A stretch of DNA of 64,000 bases from a virus. Shown here piece after piece: positions 10,855 to 21,432 of the stretch (its first letter is position 1; every line of letters begins with the position of its first letter). The position numbers were made by a program, and so were the translations under genes. The stretch lies in IMG/VR virus record IMGVR_UViG_3300027963_000048, positions 51,615 through 115,614 of that record. The stretch is one strand, 5' to 3'. The notes beneath the pieces are model-generated. The model had not been told where the DNA came from and made no database searches. It saw only the letters and a list, made by a program, of their open reading frames with translations.

Positions 10855-11204
10855 TGCGACACCTTTAGTATTCTCTGTACTATATAATTACCCAAAATTA
10901 AAGGATGGGAAATAGATTTAGCTCTCCTGACATTCCTTCAGTAGAATGCAACTATATTGAATCGATCTTAGTAAAGTTGGTACATTACATAAATAAAGCC
11001 CTTAAGGTATCGTATAGGCCATGCGACTTTTGGGGCTTTGCATGGACTTGCTACCACAAGTGCAAAGTATACGAGACTCATTGGCGCTATTATTTTTTTA
11101 TCAGCTTATATCGTATAATCTATCAATTTATTCTTAAGGAAAATCAGAACGTAGCCCTGAGACTTAGGGGCAAGGATCTAGTTGATAAACTGGAGGCTAC
11201 ACAA

Positions 11205-11474
11205 ATGAACACTTTAAACACCGCATGGCACAACTTCCTTAAAACAAACGGTGGAATAGAGCACGTTGTAGAAGTCTTGCTGTTTGACCAGCCAAAAGCC
11301 CAACGTCAAATGATAATAGATCACTACGTGAATGGAATGACGACTGAAGAAATCGGTAAGGCGTATGGGATTACCAAAAACAGAGTTAGACAGTTAATGA
11401 AAGCGAATTTAGCACTGCTTAAGGAATTCTTATATTATGTTAAGGATCTAGGTGAATTTTTATCTGAATTATAG
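11205..11474 (+). CDS. Sigma-70 region-4-like HTH protein (may be the C-terminal part of ORF 10905..11474)
   Basis: QRQMIIDHYVNGMTTEEIGKAYGITKNRVRQ. GGAGG RBS precedes ATG 11205. Confidence 0.65.
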   Translation: MNTLNTAWHNFLKTNGGIEHVVEVLLFDQPKAQRQMIIDHYVNGMTTEEIGKAYGITKNRVRQLMKANLALLKEFLYYVKDLGEFLSEL

Positions 11475-11852
11475 GACTCTTGCACCGAAGAAGCAAGGCC
11501 CCTCAGCTCCGAGCCAATCGTATAATCTATCGCCTGGTTCGAACGACATTGTTGTTCTGCTGCCATCTATCAATTGGAGATGGATGACCCCATTGTCATA
11601 CACCTTTTTAAACCTACGCATTCTGACGCCTTCTACTGACGGTCTCCGAGAGGCATCGCTCAAATAAAGTCTCAGACTAGCATATTCTGGTATAGTGCTG
11701 CCAAAGAACACCTTCACTCCTAAACTGCATAGCTTGTTGCAGCTGGCGAGTTCACCGTCAGGGAAGATAAAATCAAAACCAAAGTAATTGATATTACCTA
11801 TTACAGCGTCAAATTGTGGCGCTCTTTGGCAGTTCATAGGAATCTCGCGCAT
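11469..11852 (-). CDS. Hypothetical protein
   Basis: ORF with GAGG RBS, part of a run of minus-strand genes. Confidence 0.55.
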   Translation of the reverse strand: MREIPMNCQRAPQFDAVIGNINYFGFDFIFPDGELASCNKLCSLGVKVFFGSTIPEYASLRLYLSDASRRPSVEGVRMRRFKKVYDNGVIHLQLIDGSRTTMSFEPGDRLYDWLGAEGPCFFGARVL

Positions 11853-11884
11853 AGCTTCCTCTCTATGACGTGTATAAACAAAAA

Positions 11885-11909
11885 CGCCCAGGATTATACA
11901 CCCTGGGCG
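11885..11909 (-). terminator. Intrinsic terminator
   Basis: CGCCCAGG...CCTGGGCG stem followed by a T-run on the minus strand, after the stop of 11917..12189. Confidence 0.55.
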
Positions 11910-11916
11910 ACGTCAT

Positions 11917-12936
11917 TTAATCGGCGTGAATCATATCAACTTGGTTGTCATTAACGCTAGCGAAATAACTACCTACCATCGTGCTACCGTAGGTGTTGGA
12001 TTTGAAGACGTTAATGCGATAATAGCGTCCGAATAAATGATGGCACAAGGATTTATCGAAAATCGGCTTATCAACCTTGGTCCAGAGTGACTCGACTATG
12101 TCGTCAACCGACACCTTGACTTTTATTTCTTTTTCTTTAGCCATGTTCGAACTCAATATCTCAGCCATGATACTCCCCCTATATTCCACTCTGAACCCAA
12201 CTACATGTGGCAGTATTATTGATCCTTGAGTATGGGCAACTTACGTCTCCTGTATTCCCTGACAAGTGCTAGATACATCGGATTTGGATCGCTGTCATAA
12301 TACATATCATCTGCACTAGGCCCGCTGCATCCATAGTGTATCTCATCATCGCCGTCTCTTTTTAATTTAGCAATGATGTTAGCAAGATGATCGTCCCCTA
12401 TCTCTCCAAGAGCTAGAGTGTGACCGTCTTTGGTCCTCCAACGCAGGTTATAACGTGGCATCACACTAATTCCCGTTCGTAGCTGATGGGGGTAATGGTG
12501 TAGAGCATTATAGCTTTGCCTGTGGTATCGTAACCTACTATCTCGTTTTTACCATACTTCTCACCAACCTTTACACAATGCTCTTTGCTACCTTTATCAA
12601 TGATGCGATTGCCGTAGTCTCGTATCTCGTAACTCTTTTTCATAAATCCACCTTTCTACTAACAGGGGTTTAAAGGTAAATGAATTCTAACAATTCAATA
12701 CCGCACTTGACAATCGTCGCTCTATTAATGCCGGTGCTCATGAATGGCAAACCCGGGAAAGCAGTCCGAGCAGCCTCGATCGCTTCCATTACGTGACTGT
12801 AGCGAGTACCGGTGTAATCCAGTCCACATTCGCTTGCTAAGCCCCACAGATAGTCACCTTCATCTCTGTAGAGCATAATCGCATCATTCACCACTTGCAT
12901 TATAGTAGCCTTCCTAGCATCAAGTTGCTCTTCCAA
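11917..12936 (-). CDS. Four small hypothetical phage proteins (11917..12189, 12216..12464, 12461..12643, 12670..12936)
   Basis: Tightly packed co-oriented ORFs. Confidence 0.55.
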
Positions 12937-12945
12937 TACGGTGTC

Positions 12946-13680
12946 TTAAGAAAGAACTAATCCGTAGATTGATTTTAAAGCATCAAAATGTCGCGCACCG
13001 TGAAAGCCAAACTTGTTTCTAATCTCGTTATCACAATCAGGTAAATGCGCCTCCATCGAAAATTTAGCAGCGATCTCAAGCGGCGCAAATTTTATCCCGT
13101 GTTTCAAAAAGATAGGCTTGTCTATCAGACAAATATGCCAGTCTTCATTGCCGTAGACGTGCGCTTCTGGCTCCGATTGATGATGGCTGATCCTTTTAAC
13201 AGAAGGCTCCACGGCATCTGCGACCTTGCGGCCGTTGTATACCACGTTACAGGCGTCAATCAATTTTCTACTACGCAAGCTAAACCCACCATTGCCAACC
13301 CTGCATTCAGGACGTTGCGTCGAGTCGACGCTCCACGGAGCACCGATATAATCGTAATTCCAGAATCTATCATCCCAATTTTGCGTATTCAATATAAACC
13401 CGTCATGCTGAATCACTAAAGCATAATCAGTATCAACGTACTGGTGTAACTTTTTGCTTAATAGGTAGCTGTATTCGTGAATGTCGAATGGATCCATCTT
13501 ACGGTAGCCGAATCTGCCGTCACCATGTTGGTAACCTGACAAAAATTCGATCTTGGCGAAGTCGGCCTTAGAAGTACACTGCTCGATGGCGAACGCTGAC
13601 TGCCGGTAGGATAATTCATCGCTACGGCCGTCAGCCAAAAACAAGGTCACATTTTTTAAGTTTAACATATAGCACCCCAC
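12946..13680 (-). CDS. DUF5672-like glycosyltransferase-related protein
   Basis: LVIQHDGFI, YDYIGAPW, VGNGGFSLRSRK, ED, A.KFS.E, FGFH. Confidence 0.8.
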   Translation of the reverse strand: MGCYMLNLKNVTLFLADGRSDELSYRQSAFAIEQCTSKADFAKIEFLSGYQHGDGRFGYRKMDPFDIHEYSYLLSKKLHQYVDTDYALVIQHDGFILNTQNWDDRFWNYDYIGAPWSVDSTQRPECRVGNGGFSLRSRKLIDACNVVYNGRKVADAVEPSVKRISHHQSEPEAHVYGNEDWHICLIDKPIFLKHGIKFAPLEIAAKFSMEAHLPDCDNEIRNKFGFHGARHFDALKSIYGLVLS

Positions 13681-13687
13681 TTAACGT

Positions 13688-14173
13688 ATGTATTTGAGAT
13701 TTTTTCCAAACCTACAGGAGGAATCGATGGTTGTATTCATGTGTTTAGCGATCATAGGCAGCGATCTATATTCAGCTATAAGGAACAAGGATGTCTTACC
13801 CACAAGAGATGAAATTCGCATTATGAGAGACACAAACGAGGTAAGACGTGAACATGGTCTCAAGCCAGTCCGATTTGACCTACGTCTCTGCGCAGCAGCG
13901 AGGATGCACGCTAATAACATGGCCAGAGTGCGACGCATGAGCCATTACCTTCTTGGTGGGAACCCGGGCACCAGAGCCGCCAGCCACGGTTATACACATA
14001 TGGTTGGTGAGAATATTGCGTACGGTTACGTGCCAACTGAAGTGGTGCGTAACTCATGGATGCCGTCACCATCACATAGGCAAAATATATTAGACCCTGA
14101 CTGGACGACAATAGGTACTGGCCTTGGCGCAAACGGGGTCTGGTATCTCTGCCAAGTATTCGGTAAGGAATAG
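13688..14173 (+). CDS. CAP (SCP-like) domain protein
   Basis: N..R..HGL, AARMHANNMA...MSH, GENIA, WM.SPSHRQNIL. Confidence 0.9.
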   Translation: MYLRFFPNLQEESMVVFMCLAIIGSDLYSAIRNKDVLPTRDEIRIMRDTNEVRREHGLKPVRFDLRLCAAARMHANNMARVRRMSHYLLGGNPGTRAASHGYTHMVGENIAYGYVPTEVVRNSWMPSPSHRQNILDPDWTTIGTGLGANGVWYLCQVFGKE

Positions 14174-14177
14174 AAAT

Positions 14178-14197
14178 GGGGGGCTAGGTAGCCCCCC
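14178..14197. terminator. Hairpin between convergent genes (likely bidirectional terminator)
   Basis: GGGGGGCTA-GG-TAGCCCCCC. Confidence 0.6.
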
Positions 14198-14205
14198 TCT
14201 TATTC

Positions 14206-14538
14206 TTACTGATACCGCACGCAAGCATAAAACTTGCCATCTGATCCCACCGCTACACCTATCTCAGCAGGAACACGTTTCCCCCAGTAGCAGCAGTTAG
14301 AAACCGCCTCATCCGAGGTATTTCCACGACCCACCCCTTCGAATCCAGCAAACCCGCCACAATGCCCCAGGCGGCACCGAGCTGCTTGCATCAGAGCGAC
14401 ACCTTGAGCGGTTGAGTTATCGCCACCTTCATCAGCAGTGCTGACGGCGCGATGACGTAACAACCGTGGCCGAGCCTGTATACTGTCGGCGCACAATGTG
14501 AAAATAACACTAATTAACAAGATATTCCTTAATTTCAA
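14206..14538 (-). CDS. Secreted Cys-rich protein of a type I associate with planctomycetes
   Basis: Signal peptide, then AQGVA..QA...LGH.GG...EGVG.G....A..NCCY...GVA.G..G.YAC.RY. Confidence 0.6.
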   Translation of the reverse strand: MKLRNILLISVIFTLCADSIQARPRLLRHRAVSTADEGGDNSTAQGVALMQAARCRLGHCGGFAGFEGVGRGNTSDEAVSNCCYWGKRVPAEIGVAVGSDGKFYACVRYQ

Positions 14539-14551
14539 GTTACTGCTCCAT

Positions 14552-14812
14552 TTAGACTATCGGGACGCTCGTCTTACCGTCCAGCTTAGACGGCTTAGAC
14601 TTAAATTGCTTGACCTCGTGAACAATTACAACTTTTAAACTCGGATATTTAACTTGCAAGCATCTTGCATCCTCCTTCAAAGAATCCAGCTGACTAACGT
14701 CCACTTTCTTTAGGCTATGTGGCCCAAGCGTGACATAGTATGGGGTGTCGCTTAAAGCAACTTGATTACCTATCCAGTAATGATCGATATAGTTAGCCAC
14801 TAATAGCTCCAA
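14552..14812 (-). CDS. Hypothetical protein
   Basis: ORF in a co-oriented run. Confidence 0.4.
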   Translation of the reverse strand: MELLVANYIDHYWIGNQVALSDTPYYVTLGPHSLKKVDVSQLDSLKEDARCLQVKYPSLKVVIVHEVKQFKSKPSKLDGKTSVPIV

Positions 14813-14859
14813 TTATATGTGCGCCGAATCGGTTAGACTCGACGCACAACTTATATATC

Positions 14860-15147
14860 CTAAGTGCCACGTGGTGCTGGACTTGCGCCAGTCGGCTTCA
14901 CCGTAGGCAATGGTGACGGAGTACCAAGTGACGGTGCCTGTGGCTGGCTAAAAACCGGTGGCGGAACTGTCTCCGCTGGTGCGGCGGGAACCGGCGCCGC
15001 AGGGTACACAGGAGGAAAATTAGGCGTCGGAATGATCGCCCCAGGAGGTGGTGGGCCCATGCTACTATCCCAAACCCGCGGTGGATTGTTATATTTGTTA
15101 ATGCAACCAACCAAAGAACACAAGGCTAAACCAGCTAACATTCGCAT
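14860..15147 (-). CDS. Proline-rich putative lipoprotein
   Basis: Short signal ending LVGC (lipobox), then Pro/Ala-rich body. Confidence 0.6.
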   Translation of the reverse strand: MRMLAGLALCSLVGCINKYNNPPRVWDSSMGPPPPGAIIPTPNFPPVYPAAPVPAAPAETVPPPVFSQPQAPSLGTPSPLPTVKPTGASPAPRGT

Positions 15148-15239
15148 TTCTCATACCCTTGTTAAAGTTAACACTTCCATGTGGGTCAGTTCCTTACAGT
15201 GACCTGTGACATTGTTAAGCCACAAGAAAAATCTACTGT

Positions 15240-16040
15240 ATGAAGCTACAATACATTCTTGAAGCAGGTCACTGGGAAATCGCTCCCGGTAATTATCCCA
15301 ATTGTATTACCAAGCAGAAAAAAGGGAGGATGTCTCTCCTTGTGCATCCTAAGGATCGAGATAAGTTTATTAATTGGGGACGAAAGTCTAAGAATTCATT
15401 AAATGAAGACATTTATCCTAATAGGACAGCAGTAGTTTACCATAGAACCAAACCTGAAAATCTCGAAGCTATATTATCGAAATCATGGGATACAGGCGGC
15501 GGCACAGGTTTTGGTGCAGGGTTATACGCTACCTTATTCATCGATGATCAATTCGAGTCTATGATGGACAGAACATATGGATCCATGATATTGAAACTCA
15601 AAGTGACTGGCCTTGACAAATACTTGATAACTCCTCTGGGCGTCGCAAAGAAAATTCTGGGCACAGATTACAGTATCAGTTCGCAATTGGAGCGGCTTAA
15701 CGCCACCGATCTGTTTACGCCGGAGTCAATACAGCAATTTGATCGATTGATGTCTCGTCATTCAAGTAATCTGGGACAAGTCATATACGATACTAACCCT
15801 AAAATTCAAACTAAGGTCAGAGGGATGATATATCAAGCATTTGAAGGGTATTGCTTAGTCAAGTATCATCCTATCGAAGATGGCAGCGTTACTTTATTGG
15901 GTTACGCCGAAGCATACTGCGATAATCAAAGAAAATATGATGCTATAAAATCTAACCAGGTCGGCGCTTGGATTACGTCTACTGACAAGGCAGCTTTAAA
16001 ATCATTATTCAGGGCTAAAAGCAAAAGCACGTCCGTTTAA
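15240..16040 (+). CDS. Putative virion-packaged ADP-ribosyltransferase-fold protein
   Basis: MKLQYILEA N-terminus. VYHRT...FGAGLYAT resembles the H-x-T and G-x-G-x-Y motifs of HYE-class ARTs. Confidence 0.5.
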   Translation: MKLQYILEAGHWEIAPGNYPNCITKQKKGRMSLLVHPKDRDKFINWGRKSKNSLNEDIYPNRTAVVYHRTKPENLEAILSKSWDTGGGTGFGAGLYATLFIDDQFESMMDRTYGSMILKLKVTGLDKYLITPLGVAKKILGTDYSISSQLERLNATDLFTPESIQQFDRLMSRHSSNLGQVIYDTNPKIQTKVRGMIYQAFEGYCLVKYHPIEDGSVTLLGYAEAYCDNQRKYDAIKSNQVGAWITSTDKAALKSLFRAKSKSTSV

Positions 16041-16613
16041 TTGGTCCCTATTATTAGCCCCATCAGGTTTAAAGATGCAGCGAACGATCATTTTGCAACT
16101 GGTGCATTAGACCAGTGTCCGGTAATGAAGAAGAAGTATTAATAAAATGTGTCAGTGGATGGCCTGCTGATCGAAAGGTTTCGTGAGCCAACACCTCAAG
16201 AACTTTACTTTTAGAGAGGGGAAACGATGATAATAACTTTTTGGAGATGGCTGATAGACCTATTGGTTGTGTATTATAACACCAAGCCGCCCCAGCCGCC
16301 CCGCAAATACCCACCCATGCCCAAATGTGTCGAGCCCGGGCAAGGCGTTCGTGGCGAGACCTTGGGGCCAAGGGAAACAATCAACCCACCCAAGGGAGGG
16401 AGCGGCACGGCTCACCTTTCCCTTGGCAGAGCGCACATTGACAGCCTTAGAAAGGGAGAGGGCCGACATTGTGGCGTACAAGGCCATCTGCACGGATCCT
16501 TTTGTCCGGGAGGTTTTACGGAGGTTTCTGGGAGCGCACAGTTCCACCGAGGGCTTGATCAAGTGCAATAACTGTCGCCTGTAGGTAGTAGTCATTCCAG
16601 CCAGGTCGCTATC

Positions 16614-17150
16614 ATGGCAAAGCTTAAATTACCAGACGCAGATAAATATATCTTCGATTTCGATTATACGTTATTCAAGACCGTCGAAACAGTACTGATC
16701 AGTAGTCCACGTGGCACTCGGCGGTTGGGTGATAAGACCTATTGCGAAGTGACATCGCCGCAATTCGCAAATTATGTCATGGCACCCGATGAGTCATTTG
16801 ATGACAATAGTTTTATTAACTTTAGATCGGTGGACTTCACCAAGGCAACACCAATACAAGACGTACTTGACTTCTACGAGCAAATCAACAACAAGCTCAT
16901 CCTAAGTGCCAGACCGCATAAAGCGGCAGACGACATTCGAAAGCGTCTAGGAAAAGACACTGAATTCATAGGGCTAGGTCATAGTGATGCTTTAATGAAG
17001 ATGAACATTATTAAACATTATAATAAGCCACTAGTTTTCGAAGATTCTAGTAAATTAGTGGCCAAATTAATCTCCGATAAGATCAATTGCATTCATGTCA
17101 TCCACGAGTCTAAAGATGTGTACCATTTAAGACTATATCAATTCAATTAG
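16614..17150 (+). CDS. HAD-superfamily hydrolase
   Basis: FDFDYT (DxDxT), LSAR, K, FEDS motifs I-IV. Confidence 0.8.
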   Translation: MAKLKLPDADKYIFDFDYTLFKTVETVLISSPRGTRRLGDKTYCEVTSPQFANYVMAPDESFDDNSFINFRSVDFTKATPIQDVLDFYEQINNKLILSARPHKAADDIRKRLGKDTEFIGLGHSDALMKMNIIKHYNKPLVFEDSSKLVAKLISDKINCIHVIHESKDVYHLRLYQFN

Positions 17151-17192
17151 CCAATTGTTTAAATGGACCACACCTGCCGCCAAATCTATCTT

Positions 17193-17624
17193 ATGAAACT
17201 TAAACTTATAATTGAACAGACGGAATCACTCCCTTCTATTAGTAGCGTTAATACTGTGATGTCTTCACTACTAAGCGCCGCGCAAGCCGTGTACGACCAG
17301 TGGGAGCAAAACGAAGATGGCTACGATCATGAATACGGAGAAGGTGGTATCTGCCACGACATAGCCGACGCAATGGCTGCGGTGCTAAATGCTCATAATA
17401 TCGAGGCGGTGGCTTACTCGCAAATGATCGGCGATGTCCACGTCTATGTGATTGCCAAGTTCGCAGAAGGCGTTTACGAGATCAATATCCCTCCACATGT
17501 CTATGAGAGAGGCAGTGCATATACTTGGAGCAAAATTCCCAACATAACGTTAAAACCACACGACGTGAGCATAAATCAAGTTTATTCAGATCCTAACCAA
17601 TTCGACGAATATTTGGAAATGTAG
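17193..17624 (+). CDS. Hypothetical protein with MKLKLIIE N-terminus
   Basis: ORF with GGICHDIA..H.Y (possible Cys-His dyad). Confidence 0.6.
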   Translation: MKLKLIIEQTESLPSISSVNTVMSSLLSAAQAVYDQWEQNEDGYDHEYGEGGICHDIADAMAAVLNAHNIEAVAYSQMIGDVHVYVIAKFAEGVYEINIPPHVYERGSAYTWSKIPNITLKPHDVSINQVYSDPNQFDEYLEM

Positions 17625-17632
17625 AGAAGTGC

Positions 17633-18736
17633 TTAGACGTACTTCTTTGTGATAGCATGAACATACTGATGACCCATACCAGCCCTTAAAATCGGCGGCA
17701 CATGAATAGTCGCGTTATTCTCCACATCTCTCATCGCTGCGTGAATTGCATTAAACGCAGTCTTATCACGTTCAGACCGTGCCATCTCAACAGTAGCCAA
17801 AGCCATCGGAATCATGCACTCTGGCATACCGGTCTTTTCGGTAGTATAGCAAGCAGCCATAGCCGTTGTAACGGCATGAGGATTACTAGCGCAATCCTCA
17901 AAAGCAGTAATTAACATCCTACGACAAATATAAGCCGGATCCTCACCACTAGAAAGCCACTTAGCTAACCAATAAATTGCAGCATCCACATCACTATGCT
18001 GAATACTCTCCTGGTAACAGTGGGCCAAATCAAAATGATCATTGCCACTAGAATCGAAGCATAAATTCTTATGTGGCATCGCTACGTCTAATGCCGCACA
18101 AGTGATATGGCCGTCCTCGCAGAGGATCTCGACCAGAGTCTCTAACACCAAAACCAACTTCCGCGCATCCCCACTGCAACGATTAATTAAAGACTTAGCT
18201 GCATCTACTTCTATCTTGACTGCTTTCCCGCTAGACTTGTAGTAATCCTTAACTCGATGGATTAACTTAACCAATGCTGCGTTATCTAAAGGCTTCGTCT
18301 CCTGCACCAGACAGCGAGAAAGCAACGCCTTATTCACAGCAAATCGTGCGGATTCGACAGTCAGGCCGATCAGCGTCACCTCGTTATTTTCAATCGCTGG
18401 CAGCAGGATATCCTGAACGTTCTTAGACCAGCGATGGATTTCATCCACTAAAACGATCGTGCGCTTCTCGGAAGCTGCGGCTTGCTTTAAGACAGCCTTA
18501 AGCTCCTTTGTGCCGTCCGCAGTCGCATTCATCTTAGCAAAAGCGCAGTCCGTGTCGTTAGCCAACGCAAACGCTATGCTCGTTTTACCGGTACCAGGAG
18601 GACCCCAAAGCAGCACGTGCTGCAGACGTTTGCCCTCGGCCATCTTGCTAAAGATCATGCCGGGCCCTACAAGATGATCCTGGCCTAAGACCGCAGATAA
18701 CGTTTGCGGTCTGAGTACTGTCGCTAAGCAATTCAT
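17633..18736 (-). CDS. rarA: Replication-associated recombination protein A (RarA/MgsA AAA+ ATPase)
   Basis: LRPQTL..VLGQ.HL, GPPGTGKT, VDEIHR, ALLSRC, GDAR, SDVDAAIYWLA..GEDP.YI.RR. Confidence 0.93.
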   Translation of the reverse strand: MNCLATVLRPQTLSAVLGQDHLVGPGMIFSKMAEGKRLQHVLLWGPPGTGKTSIAFALANDTDCAFAKMNATADGTKELKAVLKQAAASEKRTIVLVDEIHRWSKNVQDILLPAIENNEVTLIGLTVESARFAVNKALLSRCLVQETKPLDNAALVKLIHRVKDYYKSSGKAVKIEVDAAKSLINRCSGDARKLVLVLETLVEILCEDGHITCAALDVAMPHKNLCFDSSGNDHFDLAHCYQESIQHSDVDAAIYWLAKWLSSGEDPAYICRRMLITAFEDCASNPHAVTTAMAACYTTEKTGMPECMIPMALATVEMARSERDKTAFNAIHAAMRDVENNATIHVPPILRAGMGHQYVHAITKKYV

Positions 18737-18822
18737 AAATAGCCAATCTGTAAAAATTTATTAAACGAAGGCACGAAACCTTGATCCTAGCGTTAGACTA
18801 GACTAGTTGATATCGCTTTTGA

Positions 18823-19605
18823 TCAATTGGGCTTCCTGATCAATTGGGCATCCACTAGTCTAGTCTTAATCAGTTGATAAAGATCGGGATCAGAGAGCTC
18901 CGCCTGCAGCACTTTGAATTCTTCGATACTAAAAACTGATGACGAGTAATCAAAACGCATACACTGAAAGGCATCACTGCCAATACGAACATGCCAGACT
19001 TCATCGGGCCGCAATTCTCCAAGTATTCCAGTAATGAAATCAGCACACTTACAAGTAACATCATCGACAATCATCATATCTCACTTTTCATTAGCCTTAG
19101 CCTTCTGCATAACAATCGTAGGTTTGGCAGTAGGTTTAGCAACCAAAACAGGCTTAGCCTGCCTAGGCGACCTAACCAGCAATCCAGTCAATAACCCTAA
19201 TGAATGCACGAACAAGGTCGTAAACACTATAATCAACATGGTAGTAGTCTGATCAGCGGATAAAACAGGCATAGCGCACCTCCTATTATACCACCAATAC
19301 AGATGAGATCAACTTCCCCTTATAACCCAGTATGCAAACCGACATAACAACCAACCTACCGCCAAAACACCCAAGAGCATGAAAAACGCCTTAGCCAATC
19401 CGAAGTGAGCGATAGCGTACACGATCCAGACGAATGGCGCCAGAGCCGCAGCGCAAGCGCAAGCAACAAGCGCTATCACTAAAGCCGACCCATAGAACCA
19501 TACAGTAACAAGACTTCCTACCATAAATAGGCGTGTGCCTGCAGCTTCAAGCTGCTCATAAGAACCAGGATTGCCACGCCTATCATTAACGCTTTGCCAA
19601 CTCAT
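18823..19605 (-). CDS. Three small hypothetical proteins (18823..19077, 19081..19272 membrane, 19309..19605 membrane)
   Basis: Co-oriented ORFs. Two have hydrophobic transmembrane-like segments. Confidence 0.55.
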
Positions 19606-19607
19606 AC

Positions 19608-19874
19608 CTAACTCCCAACGTGCTTAATAAGACTGCCTAGTAGCCACTTACTACCTTTGGCAGTAATCACATATCGTTGAGAAATGCCATTTCGCTCCAG
19701 CACCTTGCGAATTCCACCAGCAGGCAGATGAGGTTTTATAACCGAGACCAGACCATCACGACGCAAACGCCATAGGTACGTCGGTACCGACACCGATCTC
19801 AGTGATCGCGCCAAATCAGTAGCTGTGAAACTGCCATCAGTTAACTTTGCAAGAATCTTAACTCGTAAATTCAT
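19608..19874 (-). CDS. Winged-helix DNA-binding protein
   Basis: T.TDLA..L......YLWRL.RDGLV...Y.IT.KG pattern, GGAGG RBS. Confidence 0.65.
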   Translation of the reverse strand: MNLRVKILAKLTDGSFTATDLARSLRSVSVPTYLWRLRRDGLVSVIKPHLPAGGIRKVLERNGISQRYVITAKGSKWLLGSLIKHVGS

Positions 19875-20009
19875 CTCAGCCCTCCAAGAATTAAAGTGAA
19901 TTGAACCGATAACCCGTGGCAGTATTTATGGTTCGTAGCAATACCATTTCCCAGCAGCTTGCAATCTGTTACACTGCCGAGGACGATAACATTCAAAGGA
20001 GATAAGACG

Positions 20010-21332
20010 ATGGCTACGATAGCGACGATTAAAGAAGCTGTGACCCTGTGTGCCAAGGCGAAAATAACCGCCTTCATTTGGGGAGATAGAGGACTCGGAA
20101 AGTCGAGCCTTGTTAAGCAAATGTGTGAAACTGGCAAAATGGGCTTTATCGATTTTAGAGCTTCGCAAATCGAAGCAAGTGATCTCCGAGGACTACCGGA
20201 CAAAGAAGACGGTAGAACGGTATACCGGCCGCCAGCAGACCTGCCCACAGGCGATCTCGACGAAGAACAATTCCAATTGCTAGTAACTACCACCAGCCAC
20301 GACATGATTACTAAACGCATCGAAGCGTTTCCCGAAGGCACCAAAATTAGCGACGAACAATTGGCAGATATGCAAGCATTCGAACGACAAGCAGCGACAG
20401 ATAGACTAGCATATCGACGTAATAAAGGCATTCTCTTCCTAGACGAAGTAAACCGAGCACAAGACGACGTAACCCAAGCTATATTTCAATTAGTCCTAGA
20501 CCGTAGGATCGGCCAGTATATCTTACCGGATGGTTGGAGTATCGTCTGCGCAGGTAACTTCATGGAAGGTTATCAAGTGTCGGGATTCAGCGACCCAGCT
20601 TTCGTCAATCGCTTCTGCCACTTAATATTATCAGGAGGTCAAAGTACCTACGACGAATGGATCGAATTTATGATGTCAAAGTACGGATCAAGCTGCCAAT
20701 CTATCGTCGACTTCACGGCAAATGACATCAAATACCTAGATGGCGACCTTGGAGCAAAAGATCTGGGTTTCAGCATCCAGCCAAGTCGTAGAACTTGGGA
20801 GATGGTCCAAAAAATCGAACTGGTCTGCTCCAAAGAAACGTACACCGATGTTACCAAGCTGGAAGTTATATCTGGTCTTATAGGTAGAGAAATAGCAATA
20901 TCGTACACCAGATACAATTGCCCACTAAAGCCGACGCAACTGCTGAAAGACGGCATTAAAGCTCACGCCAAGACCCTATCGTCGCTAACTCGAAACCAAA
21001 GCGTCGGGCTCATGTGGGGTCTAAGCAACGCCGCAAAGGACGACATCGATAAAAAAGCAACCGCCACAATATGCCTCGACTACGCCGAGCATCTGTTAAA
21101 GAACGCCAAAGACCAAGACCTAGTGGTAGCGTTCCTCAGATCTTGCGTCAGGTCAAGCAACAACAACGGAGATAGCAAAAGCAATCTAGCTACCGCCGCA
21201 CTCACCAACATAAAACTAGCCAAAATGTTCGCAGAAGCCACCAAAACCAAGCCCACATTCCTGAATCATTTACACGACAGACCAGAACTGCAAAAAATGG
21301 TGTCGGAAGCCGCATGGGGCTCTGCCAACTAG
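20010..21332 (+). CDS. MoxR-like AAA+ ATPase
   Basis: GDRGLGKS Walker A, DLRGLP, LFLDEVNRA Walker B, AGN, DPAFVNRF. Partner VWA gene downstream. Confidence 0.88.
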   Translation: MATIATIKEAVTLCAKAKITAFIWGDRGLGKSSLVKQMCETGKMGFIDFRASQIEASDLRGLPDKEDGRTVYRPPADLPTGDLDEEQFQLLVTTTSHDMITKRIEAFPEGTKISDEQLADMQAFERQAATDRLAYRRNKGILFLDEVNRAQDDVTQAIFQLVLDRRIGQYILPDGWSIVCAGNFMEGYQVSGFSDPAFVNRFCHLILSGGQSTYDEWIEFMMSKYGSSCQSIVDFTANDIKYLDGDLGAKDLGFSIQPSRRTWEMVQKIELVCSKETYTDVTKLEVISGLIGREIAISYTRYNCPLKPTQLLKDGIKAHAKTLSSLTRNQSVGLMWGLSNAAKDDIDKKATATICLDYAEHLLKNAKDQDLVVAFLRSCVRSSNNNGDSKSNLATAALTNIKLAKMFAEATKTKPTFLNHLHDRPELQKMVSEAAWGSAN

Positions 21333-21432
21333 AGCTAAAGAACCAAACGTATCAGGAGGATACAATGGTATTTTGGACAGTGCTAGCAATCTGCATCTTA
21401 CAAGACATACTTACTAACAAGGACGTTACACA

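Noticed and set aside
16227-16595. Overlapping ORFs in several frames (possible frameshift gene)
   Set aside because: Cannot decide which frame is real, and no recognisable domain or clear slippery site.
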